Shown here: one piece after another, positions 1-10,869 of the stretch
Layout: each line of letters opens with the position of its first letter
How positions within the stretch are numbered: the stretch's first letter is position 1
Assembly: GCF_001194135.2 (NCBI RefSeq)
Contig: NC_068984.1
Span: 84,952,781-84,995,352, forward strand
Length of the DNA stretch: 42,572 nucleotides
Reading direction: 5' to 3'
Origin: Octopus bimaculoides
Lineage: Eukaryota
The notes under the pieces: model-generated
Told to the model about the DNA's origin: nothing
Databases searched by the model: none
The model's input: only the letters and a program-made list of their open reading frames with translations
Made by a program: the position numbers and the translations under genes

Positions 1-417
<417 letters not shown>

Positions 418-754
418 TACGCATACTCGTTCTCGGCTGTTGAGAGACAACTCTTCGGTTACGAACTCAGCACAGAGTCGATAAAAAGTGGCAATAAAGA
501 AACAACCTTGGGCTCACTATGTGAAGCTCAGATACATGTGACCTGAGTTTATTGTGCCAGGTTGTGTATTTATTTATTTATTTTGTTTTGTATATTTAGA
601 ATGAAGGACTAGTTTATTTGTAACTCCAAACACGTGTATAACTGACCTTTACCATACTGTCAGCGTGTGGTTGCTACTGAAAACTTAGAACCACATTATT
701 CCATATTTGGTCAGAAAAGAACTATGTATTTACCTCTTTACATGCGTGCATATA

Positions 755-935
<181 letters not shown>

Positions 936-1537
936 AAGTATGTGTATATGCATACACAATCATAAAAGACATAGCAGACAGTTTAGCGACAACAGTTATT
1001 GCTGTCTACAACCAAACGAAGGGTTATAAGTTAAATAAAACATAATAAAAAACATAAATATAATATAATATAATATAATATATATATATGCGCATACATA
1101 CATATGTGTGTAAATATATTCTCATACGCACATGCTCAGAAACAATCATACATTATATATCATATAATGCACGTATATACACACATACATATTCATGCAC
1201 ACACACACATACTTCCGCCGCCCCCATATATCTATATATATGCACATACACATATGTGTATGCATTAAATTTTACATATACAGATTACATACAGGGAGTA
1301 AATCTGACGAAAATAGACTCTGTTTATTTTAGATACATGTACATCCATGTATTTAATATAAATAAATGCCAACTATCATTTCTATTTTTATACGAGAGCT
1401 GTATACACTTCATATACACTTCGTTTGAAAGAATTAAAAGAGGCTGGCTTTCTGCACTTCGCAAATGCATCTTCAAAGTAGGTATCAGCTGGGTTAATGT
1501 ATATATTTGCAGGAACCAACTAGGGAGCTATTATGTT

Positions 1538-1722
1538 GACGCTCTGCCTGATAAGAATAATTACCACCTAATTCTACTTCAAATTACACACTTTTTACCC
1601 GTTTACCTCTTTGACGTCTTATTAAAAAAAAAATGGATTACATTTGACGGAATGGCCACAGTTGGAACGCCTTTGATTACACATATAGTTGATCAGTGCC
1701 AACTAGAGCCGTAACATCTTCA

Positions 1723-1754
<32 letters not shown>

Positions 1755-1790
1755 GCCGTCGTCGTCGTCGTCATCATCATCATCATCATC
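1538..1790 (+). mobile_element. SINE family B 3' part followed by a (CAT/CGT)n tail-derived repeat
   Basis: gacggaatggccacagttggaacgcctttgattac...gatcagtgccaactagagccgtaac matches the other family-B ends; trinucleotide run starts at about 1720. Confidence 0.65.
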
Positions 1791-1961
1791 AAATCTACAA
1801 CAACAACAGGTATTAGTCGAACCAAAGCTATGATAGAAGATAGTTGCGCGCGCAAACTTGCTACTAAGTGTGGTCGTGGAAATGACAGCAAACTGATTCA
1901 GTCATTCGAATATAGGAAAAAACAAAGATTAATGAAAGATATATGACTCTTGTGGTTAAGG

Positions 1962-2090
1962 CGTTAGCTTCACAACTACGCAGTTTCAGGTTCGATTGGA
2001 CTGCACAACATCTGGGCAACTATCTTCTACCATAGCTTTGGTTCGACTAATACCTTATGAATGATATATGTGGTAGACAGAAAACTGGAT
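1962..2090 (+). mobile_element. SINE family A, degraded tRNA-like head
   Basis: tgtggttaaggcgttagcttc...ggttcgattgg...gggcaactatcttctaccatagc...ggtagacagaaaactg resembles the head of 39311-39703. Confidence 0.65.
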
Positions 2091-2107
2091 GGTAGCTCGT
2101 TAGTGTA

Positions 2108-2185
2108 ACCATCTCAGTACTGGCACACCGATGGTTATGATGACGAGGCTTCCAATTGATCCGACCAACAGAATAGCTGATCTTA
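2108..2185 (-). mobile_element. Probable SINE 3'-end fragment (tentatively family D)
   Basis: tggcacaccgatggttatgatgacgaggcttccaattgatccgaccaacagaatagc resembles from recall the 3' end of the family seen at 26006-26322; that part of the 26-kb copy lies in a gap, so it cannot be aligned within this window. Confidence 0.4.
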
Positions 2186-2286
2186 AAAGTCATCTGAGAG
2201 CTCATCTACGGAATGATTGTGCTGTGCAATGGAGTGTGGTGTGTGTTGATGGGACGGCTATCATCTGTCAAGATGAAGCAATCATT

Positions 2287-2460
2287 ATATATATGTATGT
2301 ATGTATATATGTATGTATGTATATTTGTATGTATGTATATATGTATGTATGTATATATGTGTGCATGTATATATGTATGTATGTATGTCGTATGACAGGC
2401 TTCCAGTTTCCGTCTACCAAATCCATTCATAATACTTTGGTCAGCTCGGAGTTATAGACT
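2287..2460 (-). mobile_element. SINE family A fragment with its internal (TATG)n tract
   Basis: cagtttccgtctaccaaatccattc...tttggtcagctcggagttatag matches 41688-41745; (tatg)n lies immediately adjacent. Confidence 0.75.
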
Positions 2461-4480
2461 GACAGAGTTTAAAACACAAGTGACAAATTAATATCAAGTT
2501 TCTTCTATATCTTTGTCCTTTGGAATCTGATTCTGAAGGAATGTTTTTGTAAACTAGCATATGTCTTTAAGTCCAGATATTGTCTTACAAGTTTTGTGAC
2601 ATATGACAAAAGTCGTAAGAGGCAGTTGGTGTTCAAGATTATTACCTACCTGGGCATTTTCATGTGACTTCATATGATTCACGTATCCTACTTTGACAAC
2701 AAAACATGATCACATATAATACATATCCAATATTCACTGTTGATTACAGTTCCAATTGTTCCTTTGCGACTGGCCCTTTTAAGCTCAGAGTACTGAATCA
2801 TCTTTTCCTCCCAGGCATTATAACCAGTCCTAACAGCACCTCTCCACTTGCTTCGATCTAGAGCATCATTTTCCCAATCACTTTTGTTCATATCTAGTTT
2901 CTTCAGGTTTTCCTTCACACAGTCATTATACCTTTTCCTCGACTTATGTTGCGTTCACTTTCCAGAGTTGAGCTCACCATAAAAAAGACGTATTAGCAAA
3001 CGCTCGTCTTTCATTCTAATAATATGTCCAGCCCATCTCATTTGATCCAAGATAACATGTTGTTCAGTTGAGCTTCAGCGTGCCATGCGCAAAACTTCTG
3101 TATCTGGTGTGAAACATTCTCACTTGACTCCCAAGATACGTCCGAGGCACTTTTGATGAAATCTCTCCAGTATTTTCATATGACGCCTGTAAGTGGTCCA
3201 CGTCTCACTGGAATAAAGAAGAGCAGTCAATACACACGTTTTACAAACAGATTTTTGTCTGCAGGGAAATACCTCTATTCGCCCATACTCGATTTTCGAG
3301 CTTTCCAAATGCAACACTTTCCTCCCCTATTCGATAATATATACCTGCATCAAGACCACCATCTCTTGACAGTGTGCTTCCAAGGTAAACATAGGTGTCA
3401 ATGACTTCTAACTTTGTTCCATTCATAAAAATGTTTGGTTCAGAATATGTTTGTCATGGCGCAGGAGTAAACATTACTTTGGTTTTCCCAAGACTAAATG
3501 TGAGTCCGAAGTGTACATATGCAGTGGAAAAAATCTGTCCATTTATATGTTGCATATCCCCCTCTGAGTGTGCCAACAAATCAGCATCATCAGCATAAAA
3601 TAATTCTCTAATAAGTGTTTTGAAAATCTTTGCTTTACAGTTAAACCGGGTCAGATTTAGAATGCGACCTGATGTCCGAAATCTGATTCCGATTCCCCTG
3701 ATGCAATTCTTGAAAGCATATCAAAGTAATGCAGCAGAATAGATAGAGGAAAGTATAGGGGGAGGAATATCTACTTGTTTGACATCGTTGTCCACCGAAA
3801 ATTCATGAGATAGCTCACCATTAAAGACTACCTGAGCTTTCATGTTTCTATGTAGTTCCTTAAAGATGCTCGCAAAATGTGTTGGGCAACCAAGTTTACA
3901 CAAAACAATCTACAGTGCCTCACTGTTTACCGTGTCAATCTTTGTTAAATCTATGAAGACCTGGTATAGTAGCATTTGTTCCTCTAAGCATTTCTCTTGA
4001 ACCTTTCTCGCAGAAAATATCATGTCCATTTGTCCCTCGCTCAAGTCTGAAACCACACTGTTCTTCAGGAATCACATGTGGACACACATTCTCAACGAGA
4101 CGATCTAACGGTCTTTGAAAGTATCTTCCCGTTATGTGCCAGGAGAGTTATCTCTCTAGAATTTCCACACACTGCTTTTGGGCCCTTACTCTTGCATATA
4201 GAGATTAGAATGTCAGTTATCTATTCCTGTGACGCAGAAGATTCATTCCAAGCCAGCAGTGGTAAATCAATTTTGAATTCTCCTATATTGGTTGTCTTAA
4301 TCACAGCTTCGTTTCAAAATAGGAGTCCAATCTACCCCTAACAAACAGTCTTGGCTTTGATAGTGCAGCCAATCAAAGGGACCGTCATTATCATGACCTG
4401 GTTTTATGCCAAAGTGTCCTTCTCTTAGAAGAGCTGCCCTTACCACGGCTAACAAGCCTCATCTACATTCCCTGCTCCAC
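2455..4480 (-). mobile_element. RTE-clade LINE, degenerate RT pseudogene, internally deleted (no APE), with C-terminal zinc fingers
   Basis: Minus-strand motifs: GNSREITLL, EEQCGFR, FIDLTK, DVKQVD (GVKQG), ELFYADDADL (YADD 3586-3597), YVYLGSTLS, LLYSSETWT, WENDALDRSKWR. Multiple stops and frameshifts. RTE-like 5'UTR at about 4345-4480. Confidence 0.92.
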
Positions 4481-4584
4481 AAAAATATATATATAATTTG
4501 CTACGAGAAATAACTCAAACTTTCAGATCGCCAACATCGAATGGCTTTAGAAGTCGCCATCTTGAACTTATGATTACTGGAGTG

Positions 4585-4633
4585 AGTGTATATTTGTGCG
4601 TGCGTGTGTATGTGTGTGTGTGTATGTCTGTGT

Positions 4634-4722
<89 letters not shown>
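4585..4722. repeat. (TG)n microsatellite
   Basis: Direct. Confidence 0.95.
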
Positions 4723-4723
<1 letters not shown>

Positions 4724-4754
4724 ATTTGTTTAAGGAACTTCATTAGGGCGAAAA

Positions 4755-5117
4755 AGTCGAAAGACCCTCATAAAACACTAGCTCAGGGAACACCCGAACG
4801 GAGAAGAAATAAACTTGATGATATGCGAACACGAGTCTCTGTGAGATGGTTTCAGAAGACATCTAAGCATAAGATGCATCGATTACATAATATGCGCATG
4901 ACAGCCTCCGTATCACAGACTCAGGAAACGATGTCCCATTTCAGTTCAAACAACTTCAATTTCTAGTGAGTCTTAGTTTTGCCATGGCCATCAACATTTC
5001 GCAAGGGCAATTATTTTCATTTACTGGTTTACACCTTGAAGAGACCTGCTTCACCATAGTCAGCTTTACATTGGATGTTCAAGAGTAGGAAGTAGGAATA
5101 ATCTTTTTATTTATGCA
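4755..5117 (+). mobile_element. Helitron PIF1-like helicase C-terminal remnant
   Basis: 4930-5117 reads DVPFQFKQLQFLVSLSFAMAINISQGQ...GLHLEETCF, then after a frameshift HSQLYIGCSRVGSRNNLFIY, matching Helitron FKRLQFPVRLAFAMTINKSQGQ/SHGQLYVACSRV. A weaker LHNMR motif lies upstream. Confidence 0.85.
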
Positions 5118-5260
5118 GTTCGGCAAACGAGAATGATACAATAAGGTCCAGGCTGAAGTAAAATAAGTACTGGGGTCAGTTTGTCAGACCAAACCCTTCA
5201 ATGCTGAGCTCCAGCATGACCGTAGTCCAATGAATGAAACAAGTAAATGATAAAAGATAA
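5118..5260 (+). mobile_element. SINE family A, 3' part
   Basis: gttcggcaaac...aataagtactggggtc...gctccagcatgaccgtagtccaatgaatgaaacaagtaaatgataaaaga. Confidence 0.8.
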
Positions 5261-5878
5261 TCGATTTCCTTCCCCAGACACTGTAACTATCCTGTGCATT
5301 CGTGTTCAATAATGTTGGCTCTTATTCTTTGATTTTGCCTTGCGTTTTCTCTTATTTTCTCGCTTTGATCTTCTCTTATCTTCTGCATGTATCGACTCAT
5401 TAGTTGTCTTGTCGCATCAAGTCTTCGATTTCACTCCAAAGTGAAAGTTGTTTAAACGTGAAGCGAGAAGAAAATTTATACTGCAAAAATGTTCGACGGT
5501 GTAAAAAAAAGAAATACGATGATAATATATGAAAAGCAATTGAAATATTTTCCTTGCTGTTTTACTATCAGCTGCGTTTACGAAAGTAAGAGTGAAAGGA
5601 AGAGTGTTTCCGTCCACAAAAAAAGTGAAACTGCTTCCCCAATGCAATGATTTACTGTTCGTTGCTGACCTTGTAGTTTAGTTCCTAGTCGTGATTGAGT
5701 AAACCTTTCTGCCTTTAGTCATGGGCTTACTCGATCTGGACCATCCCATTTTGTTTCTTATATCAGAAACTATGATGCATTAGCTTATGCATTATATATA
5801 TATATACCAGCCAATAGGGTGTAATGTGAGGGTAATTAAACTGCTGTATCATGAGCAGGTTGGTCGTTGGTTCCAACA

Positions 5879-5885
<7 letters not shown>

Positions 5886-5964
<79 letters not shown>
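5886..5964. repeat. (CA)n microsatellite
   Basis: Direct. Confidence 0.95.
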
Positions 5965-5966
<2 letters not shown>

Positions 5967-6431
5967 GACGTACATATACAAACACATGTAACCGTAGAGT
6001 ATGATTTGAGGGTGATTTGGGTACGATTCATGCGATTGCACTACCACATCGAGAGTTCTCTTGTTGGTTCTTACATCTGTAAATACAAAATGCAGTACAA
6101 AATTATTGTATTACTTGTAGCTGCAGTCGTTCGGATCGGTTCTAATTGGAAAGAAATATTCTTTATATTCTTTCGTCATTTAATTTGTTTATATTAACAT
6201 ATATATTAAACATAATGACAATACTTGATTCATCTGTTTCACTAGTGATGTGTGGAGAGTACAATAAGAGTAGTCTAGAATTACATCATTAGAGAGGGAC
6301 TTCCATTAACGTTACACTGATTTAAATGCCTCTGGGACATATCTGTACATATCAGTTATTGTTGCTGTATGTTTCGGTGGTTTGTTAATAGTCCTGTATT
6401 TAGAGTCTTTAATTTGGTAAACGTTTACTTG

Positions 6432-6600
6432 TTTTTGTTGTTTTGTCCTACGACGGTACTGATTGAGTAAACATTGTTATGAGGCCTTCTACTCGTGACC
6501 AACTTTTCCTTTTATCAAAAATGACTAAGCTATCTAGCATTATTCAAACCAATACGGTTTGATTTGGGGATTCACTTGAGAAGGGAATCGCAAAGATATG
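6432..6600 (-). mobile_element. SINE family B, old 3' fragment
   Basis: gttgttttgtcctacgacggtactgattgag...aggccttctactcgtgacc and tttgatttgggggatt weakly match 15401-15576. Confidence 0.45.
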
Positions 6601-7119
6601 TTTATTTGAATTAGTGCACTATTCAGTTTACAAACCTGAATAGCGCACGTTCAATCTCTAGACCGCTATTCCACTGAGATCAAGAGGAAGAGAGGGAAAG
6701 AGAAAGAAAGAGAGAGGGGGAGTGGAGAGAGGAGAGGGGGAGAGAGAGTGAGAGAGAGAAAGAGACATTTGCACATGCGTAGATTCCACTCTCCTCGTCA
6801 TTCATCTTCCAAACCTGGATATCAGCAACGAAATCATTTAATTACTCAGATCCCAAATCTACCCACCCCTCCTAATACTCCTGATTCCTCGACCGTTCCC
6901 AGAACTTCTCGATCCACCCCAAATTTTTCGATCATATCTTATCTTGCATCGAGAATGTCTACTTTATTTCACCCGAATCCAAAGTCATTGTCCTTGGTGA
7001 CGTCAATGCTTACAAATTTTCTTGGCTCCCATATTAATCATATACTGATACCGCCTGTGCAAAAACCTAAATTTTACAATCTCCAACCCTCTATATCAAC
7101 TATTTTAATTCCCGAAGCG

Positions 7120-7294
7120 TAGTTCCAGATTTAGACATACACTGATACAGTTTAGGGTCCCACAATCCGTAGGAGTCTCAAATAACTAAAAGGCGCATGT
7201 TTTCAATTTTTGTGAAACCTTTTGATGTAATTTTCTTAAGATGTCTACAACATTTATAAAGTTTATGGTTTCACCAGGTCTAAATCCCAAACTC
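7120..7294. mobile_element. hAT-type MITE (~175 bp)
   Basis: Imperfect TIRs agttccagatttagac / gtctaaatcccaaact; 8-bp flanks ccgaagcg (7112-7119) and ccgacacg (7295-7302) match at 6/8; interrupts the LINE APE region. Confidence 0.6.
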
Positions 7295-7409
7295 CCGACA
7301 CGCATCTCTGACCGACACACAAATACTCCAAACATCCTTGGTTTTCTCTCATTCTCAACACCAATGTTCCTCAGATTAGCCTATGAAAAACAGAACTCTA
7401 TGTTTTGTT

Positions 7410-7577
7410 GGACTAACTAGAAATTGTAGCGTTATCTGCAAATCACAGTCTACTCTTTTAAAAAAGAACACATCAGATAAAGTAGTCCCGAATTCTTTGC
7501 ACATAATGGAATGGTCAAGGCTGTAATAATAAGTCAACTCGATTAGGACTGACATGGGATAAACAATAGCAACAACA
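7410..7577 (+). mobile_element. SINE family B 3' part inserted in the LINE
   Basis: gactaactagaaattgtagc...caaatcacag...ggaatggtcaaggctg...ctcgattaggactgacatgggataaacaatagcaacaac. Confidence 0.65.
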
Positions 7578-9469
7578 TCCCTTAACAGACCAAAATTGTT
7601 TCTGCTCTAATCAACTTGTCCGACTACTATTTAATCACGACTACCTACAACACACTCTCGTACTACATAACGTCCTCTCTTATCACACCTTATAAGACTT
7701 CATGTCGGAGCTCCACCAATTTTATGCTAACTGACAGAATATGTGCTTCACTCCTGACTCATCGGAAACAGCTGGTGGCTATGGGTGACTGAAGTGGTCC
7801 TCTTCGATGCATCACTCTGCATTCCTCGCACAGCTAAAACACATGACTGACTCGTAGCAGTTCTTCAGTAGTTCTGACAAAATAACACGGCCTACAATCC
7901 TGGAAGAAAATCACGCAAAACTTTAAACTAGAGAGCTCTTATCTTGTAAGATTATCATTGCCACCGCCATTATCCGTAACTAATGCAAGAAAATCCGAAT
8001 TGCGAACGATGCCTTCGTGCATTGCTCATCTCCTAAGTTCTCTACTTCTCCAAAGTGAGACTGATGTTTTCGTTTTCTTGTCCGAAAGATCCCAATGAAC
8101 TTTATTTAATCTTTCTTTCTTTCACTTCCCACCTAGGGTGGTTCTTTAAGCAGTAATCTCACGGAGAATTCCTTCATATTCGCTGCTCGTTTTTTATCCT
8201 ACTTCACTCTGCACAAGTTTAGTAAATCTCCTAAGTTATCCTTTTACACATCGCTCGACTCACAATCATGCACTCATAAATTTCAAATGCAAAAATACTC
8301 TCGGTCGCTTCAAATTACCAAGGTCACTAGCCTTGACAATGTTCTTTCTATTATCCTCAAACGATGCGTCTCAGTAATAGCCCCTATTCTCCCCAAACTC
8401 TTTAATCTCTTATCTCTGCTTTCTCGTTGTTCCCACCCAGAGATATATTCCACTTTCAGAAACATGCAACAGTATATCCTATTCATAAGAAGGTCAACCA
8501 CTCTGACCCTGCAATCAATCGCCCTATCGTACTCACTTCCAACGGTGATGGTGATAGCTATTAACCATAACCTTCTCCAATATCTTGAACCACTCTCCCT
8601 CCTTAATGGCCACTAAATACAGCGTTCCTTCTGTATGTACCATTCACGAAAAAATTAGTAAAATTAATGTTGTTGACCTCGACAGAAGAAAATCTTTCGA
8701 CCTCGTCTGGTACATGAATCTTCTCTCAAATCTCTCCGCTATGGGCTCAGTTTGATTCTCATCTCCTGAGTCGGTGGGTTCCTGTTAGAATGCACTGTCT
8801 CTATCAGTTGGAATTATCTGACAAACACTATCAAGTCTGATGTCCCTCAGGGTTCGGTTCCCCTCCTTCCCCTAATCATCCTATTTTACATAAATTACCT
8901 ATTTGCCGTTACCGCCCACTTTTGTTTAGATTATGTCACCCTTCATTTTTCCATATTTTTCCGTACCTAAGTTACAGTCACATTGTATCTTGATCCTCCA
9001 CGCTAAATATGCACTCACTCTTGAAAAGAAAACATTTTCCAATATGGTCATGCCAATCTTGACTCCCCCTACAGCAAGAACACGCACTTACACTCATACA
9101 GGTACATACAGAAACACATTTATGTACAGACAGTCACTGCACATATGAAGAAACCTGATGATACAGCATCCTTTCACCTTAAGCATGAGCTGCACTTAAC
9201 TAGAAACCTCGTAGTCATTGCATATTTCGTGTTTGAGATTCATTGAGGATCTCTTTTCGTCTGTATTTCAAAGATTAAACTTACTATTCCCATCCAGAGA
9301 ATACTTTATACCCCGCTGCAAAACTTAGGTGAGATCCACAAGAGAGTACAGTTTCAGAATCTGATTTGTTACCGCTGCTACATACACAGTGAAATCTTAG
9401 ATCACATTTTCAGAAAGGCCACTCGACATGAAGTCACTCACGGAGACTCTCCAACCTCTGACTACAAAA

Positions 9470-9842
9470 CTGACGAAAGGGGTCCTGCTGGTCTTGTTTC
9501 ATTAGGACAGTGCTCCAGCACACAAATCCCTGGTCTCAATGGCTATTGTGCGTTCCTGTGGCTTTGAACTTGTTGATCACCCCACCAATTTCTCCTAATT
9601 TGGTCCCTCCGACCATCATCTGTTCCCCAACATGAAAAAACACTGGGCTGAAAATCAATATTCCAGTGATGATGACGTCATATTTGCTGTTGTCCACTTT
9701 TTTCACTAACAGGATAAAAGCGTCTTCACCAATGGGATCTAAGCATTGCAACACTGATATAAGTGTGTGGACCGCCAAGGGGACTATGTTGAAAAACAAA
9801 CCTATCTTGGTCAGCCTATGAACTTTTCAGCCGACCCTCGTA
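9470..9842 (+). mobile_element. Mariner (DD34D) transposon 3' part with right TIR and TA
   Basis: FH*DSAPAH (D at 9506) to PSDHHLFPNMKK (D at 9611) is 105 nt, giving D34D; ends KCVDRQGDYVEK; TIR aacttttcagccgaccctcg followed by TA (9841-9842). Confidence 0.92.
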
Positions 9843-10184
9843 CAATATACAAGTTGTGTCCCCTCTCTGCAACAACACTGGCCTCTGCTTCTCGAAGTTG
9901 CCAGTACTCTTTGTTCATTCACTCTTCATCCTTTCATCACCCACATTGAGTCCAACCCTCTGTCACCACACTAACTCCTCCGCACAATCCTTCCTACCCA
10001 GAACATCGATCCTCTAAAATTTCCTCCCTGTACACGTCTTTCCTGTAGTCGTAGACTCGCAACAATGTAAGAGTAAAGTTAACGGCAACTATCTCGCCGT
10101 TTTTCGGAATGAATGCGAAGAGCATTGGGCAGTGCCTCTCCTTGTCATATCCCTACTCCCAAATCCTCCAGACAGGATTCTCAC

Positions 10185-10312
10185 AAAATTTCCGTCTACC
10201 TGATTTCAACTAACATAGCTTGTTTGCACCTGAGGACATTTGCTTACGATTTCTCGTCGTGGATTGAACCCGAAATCTTACCATTGTGAAGCGAATAACT
10301 CAAATAGTTACC
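10185..10312 (-). mobile_element. SINE family A-like head fragment
   Basis: aaatttccgtctacc...ggattgaacccgaaatcttaccattgtgaagcgaat resembles the reverse complement of the A head. Confidence 0.55.
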
Positions 10313-10318
10313 CGATCA

Positions 10319-10355
<37 letters not shown>

Positions 10356-10459
10356 ACATTCATACAAATAAACACTCATTCTAGAATGCATTCAGTAAAA
10401 CTGCCCATCTGCCAGAAAAAGAAAAATAATAACTATATGAATAAATAAATAAGATGCTT

Positions 10460-10680
10460 CTTAACTGCATGCTATATTGCCTCCTCTTCCTTTTCTACCG
10501 TTACTGTAACGGCCACTGTTCTCTCTTTGAATTTTCTAATTACATACCAACAACTATTTGTACCCATGTCTTCATTTCTCCCAAACTTCATTCCCATCCC
10601 CACTTTCCACTATGGCTCAAACTCCTTTCTCCCCAAAACACCATTCGTAACATATGTCTCCCTCCCTCTTTGTATAAATA
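10460..10680 (+). mobile_element. 3' ORF2 fragment of a second CR1/L2-group LINE
   Basis: LFLFYRYCNGHCSLFEFSNYIP...SHPHF and NSFLPKT match the SLFYRYF.G.CS...SHP...SFFPRT C-terminal pattern. Confidence 0.65.
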
Positions 10681-10869
10681 GCATTCCTCTGCAAAATTCC
10701 CCCCCCCCCCACCTACCATTTCATCTATAAACCTACAAACATTCAAACCAAACATTAACCGTTCAACTGAGGCNNNNNNNNNNATGTGCACTGCACCAGC
10801 ATCCACTTCCGCAACAAAAATTCTTATATTTTAGATAAAAGAAAAAACAAAACAAAAATGTAAGTGATG

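Larger units (their letters stand above)
6830..10090 (+). mobile_element. Highly decayed APE-RT LINE ORF2 (CR1/L2/Jockey group), host to nested insertions
   Basis: APE motif VIVLGDVNAY (GDFN; 6996-7007); PNILGFL; KHATVYPIHKK...NRPI; LDRRKSFDLVWY (8675-8715); DVPQGS (8839-8856); VRSTREY...ILDHIFRKAT; C-terminus SFLPRTSIL*NFLPVHVFP...KSKVN (9988-10083). Confidence 0.85.

Noticed and set aside
1288-1420. tacagggag / tacgagagctg as Tc1-mariner termini
   Set aside because: No matching opposite TIR or transposase remnant was found.
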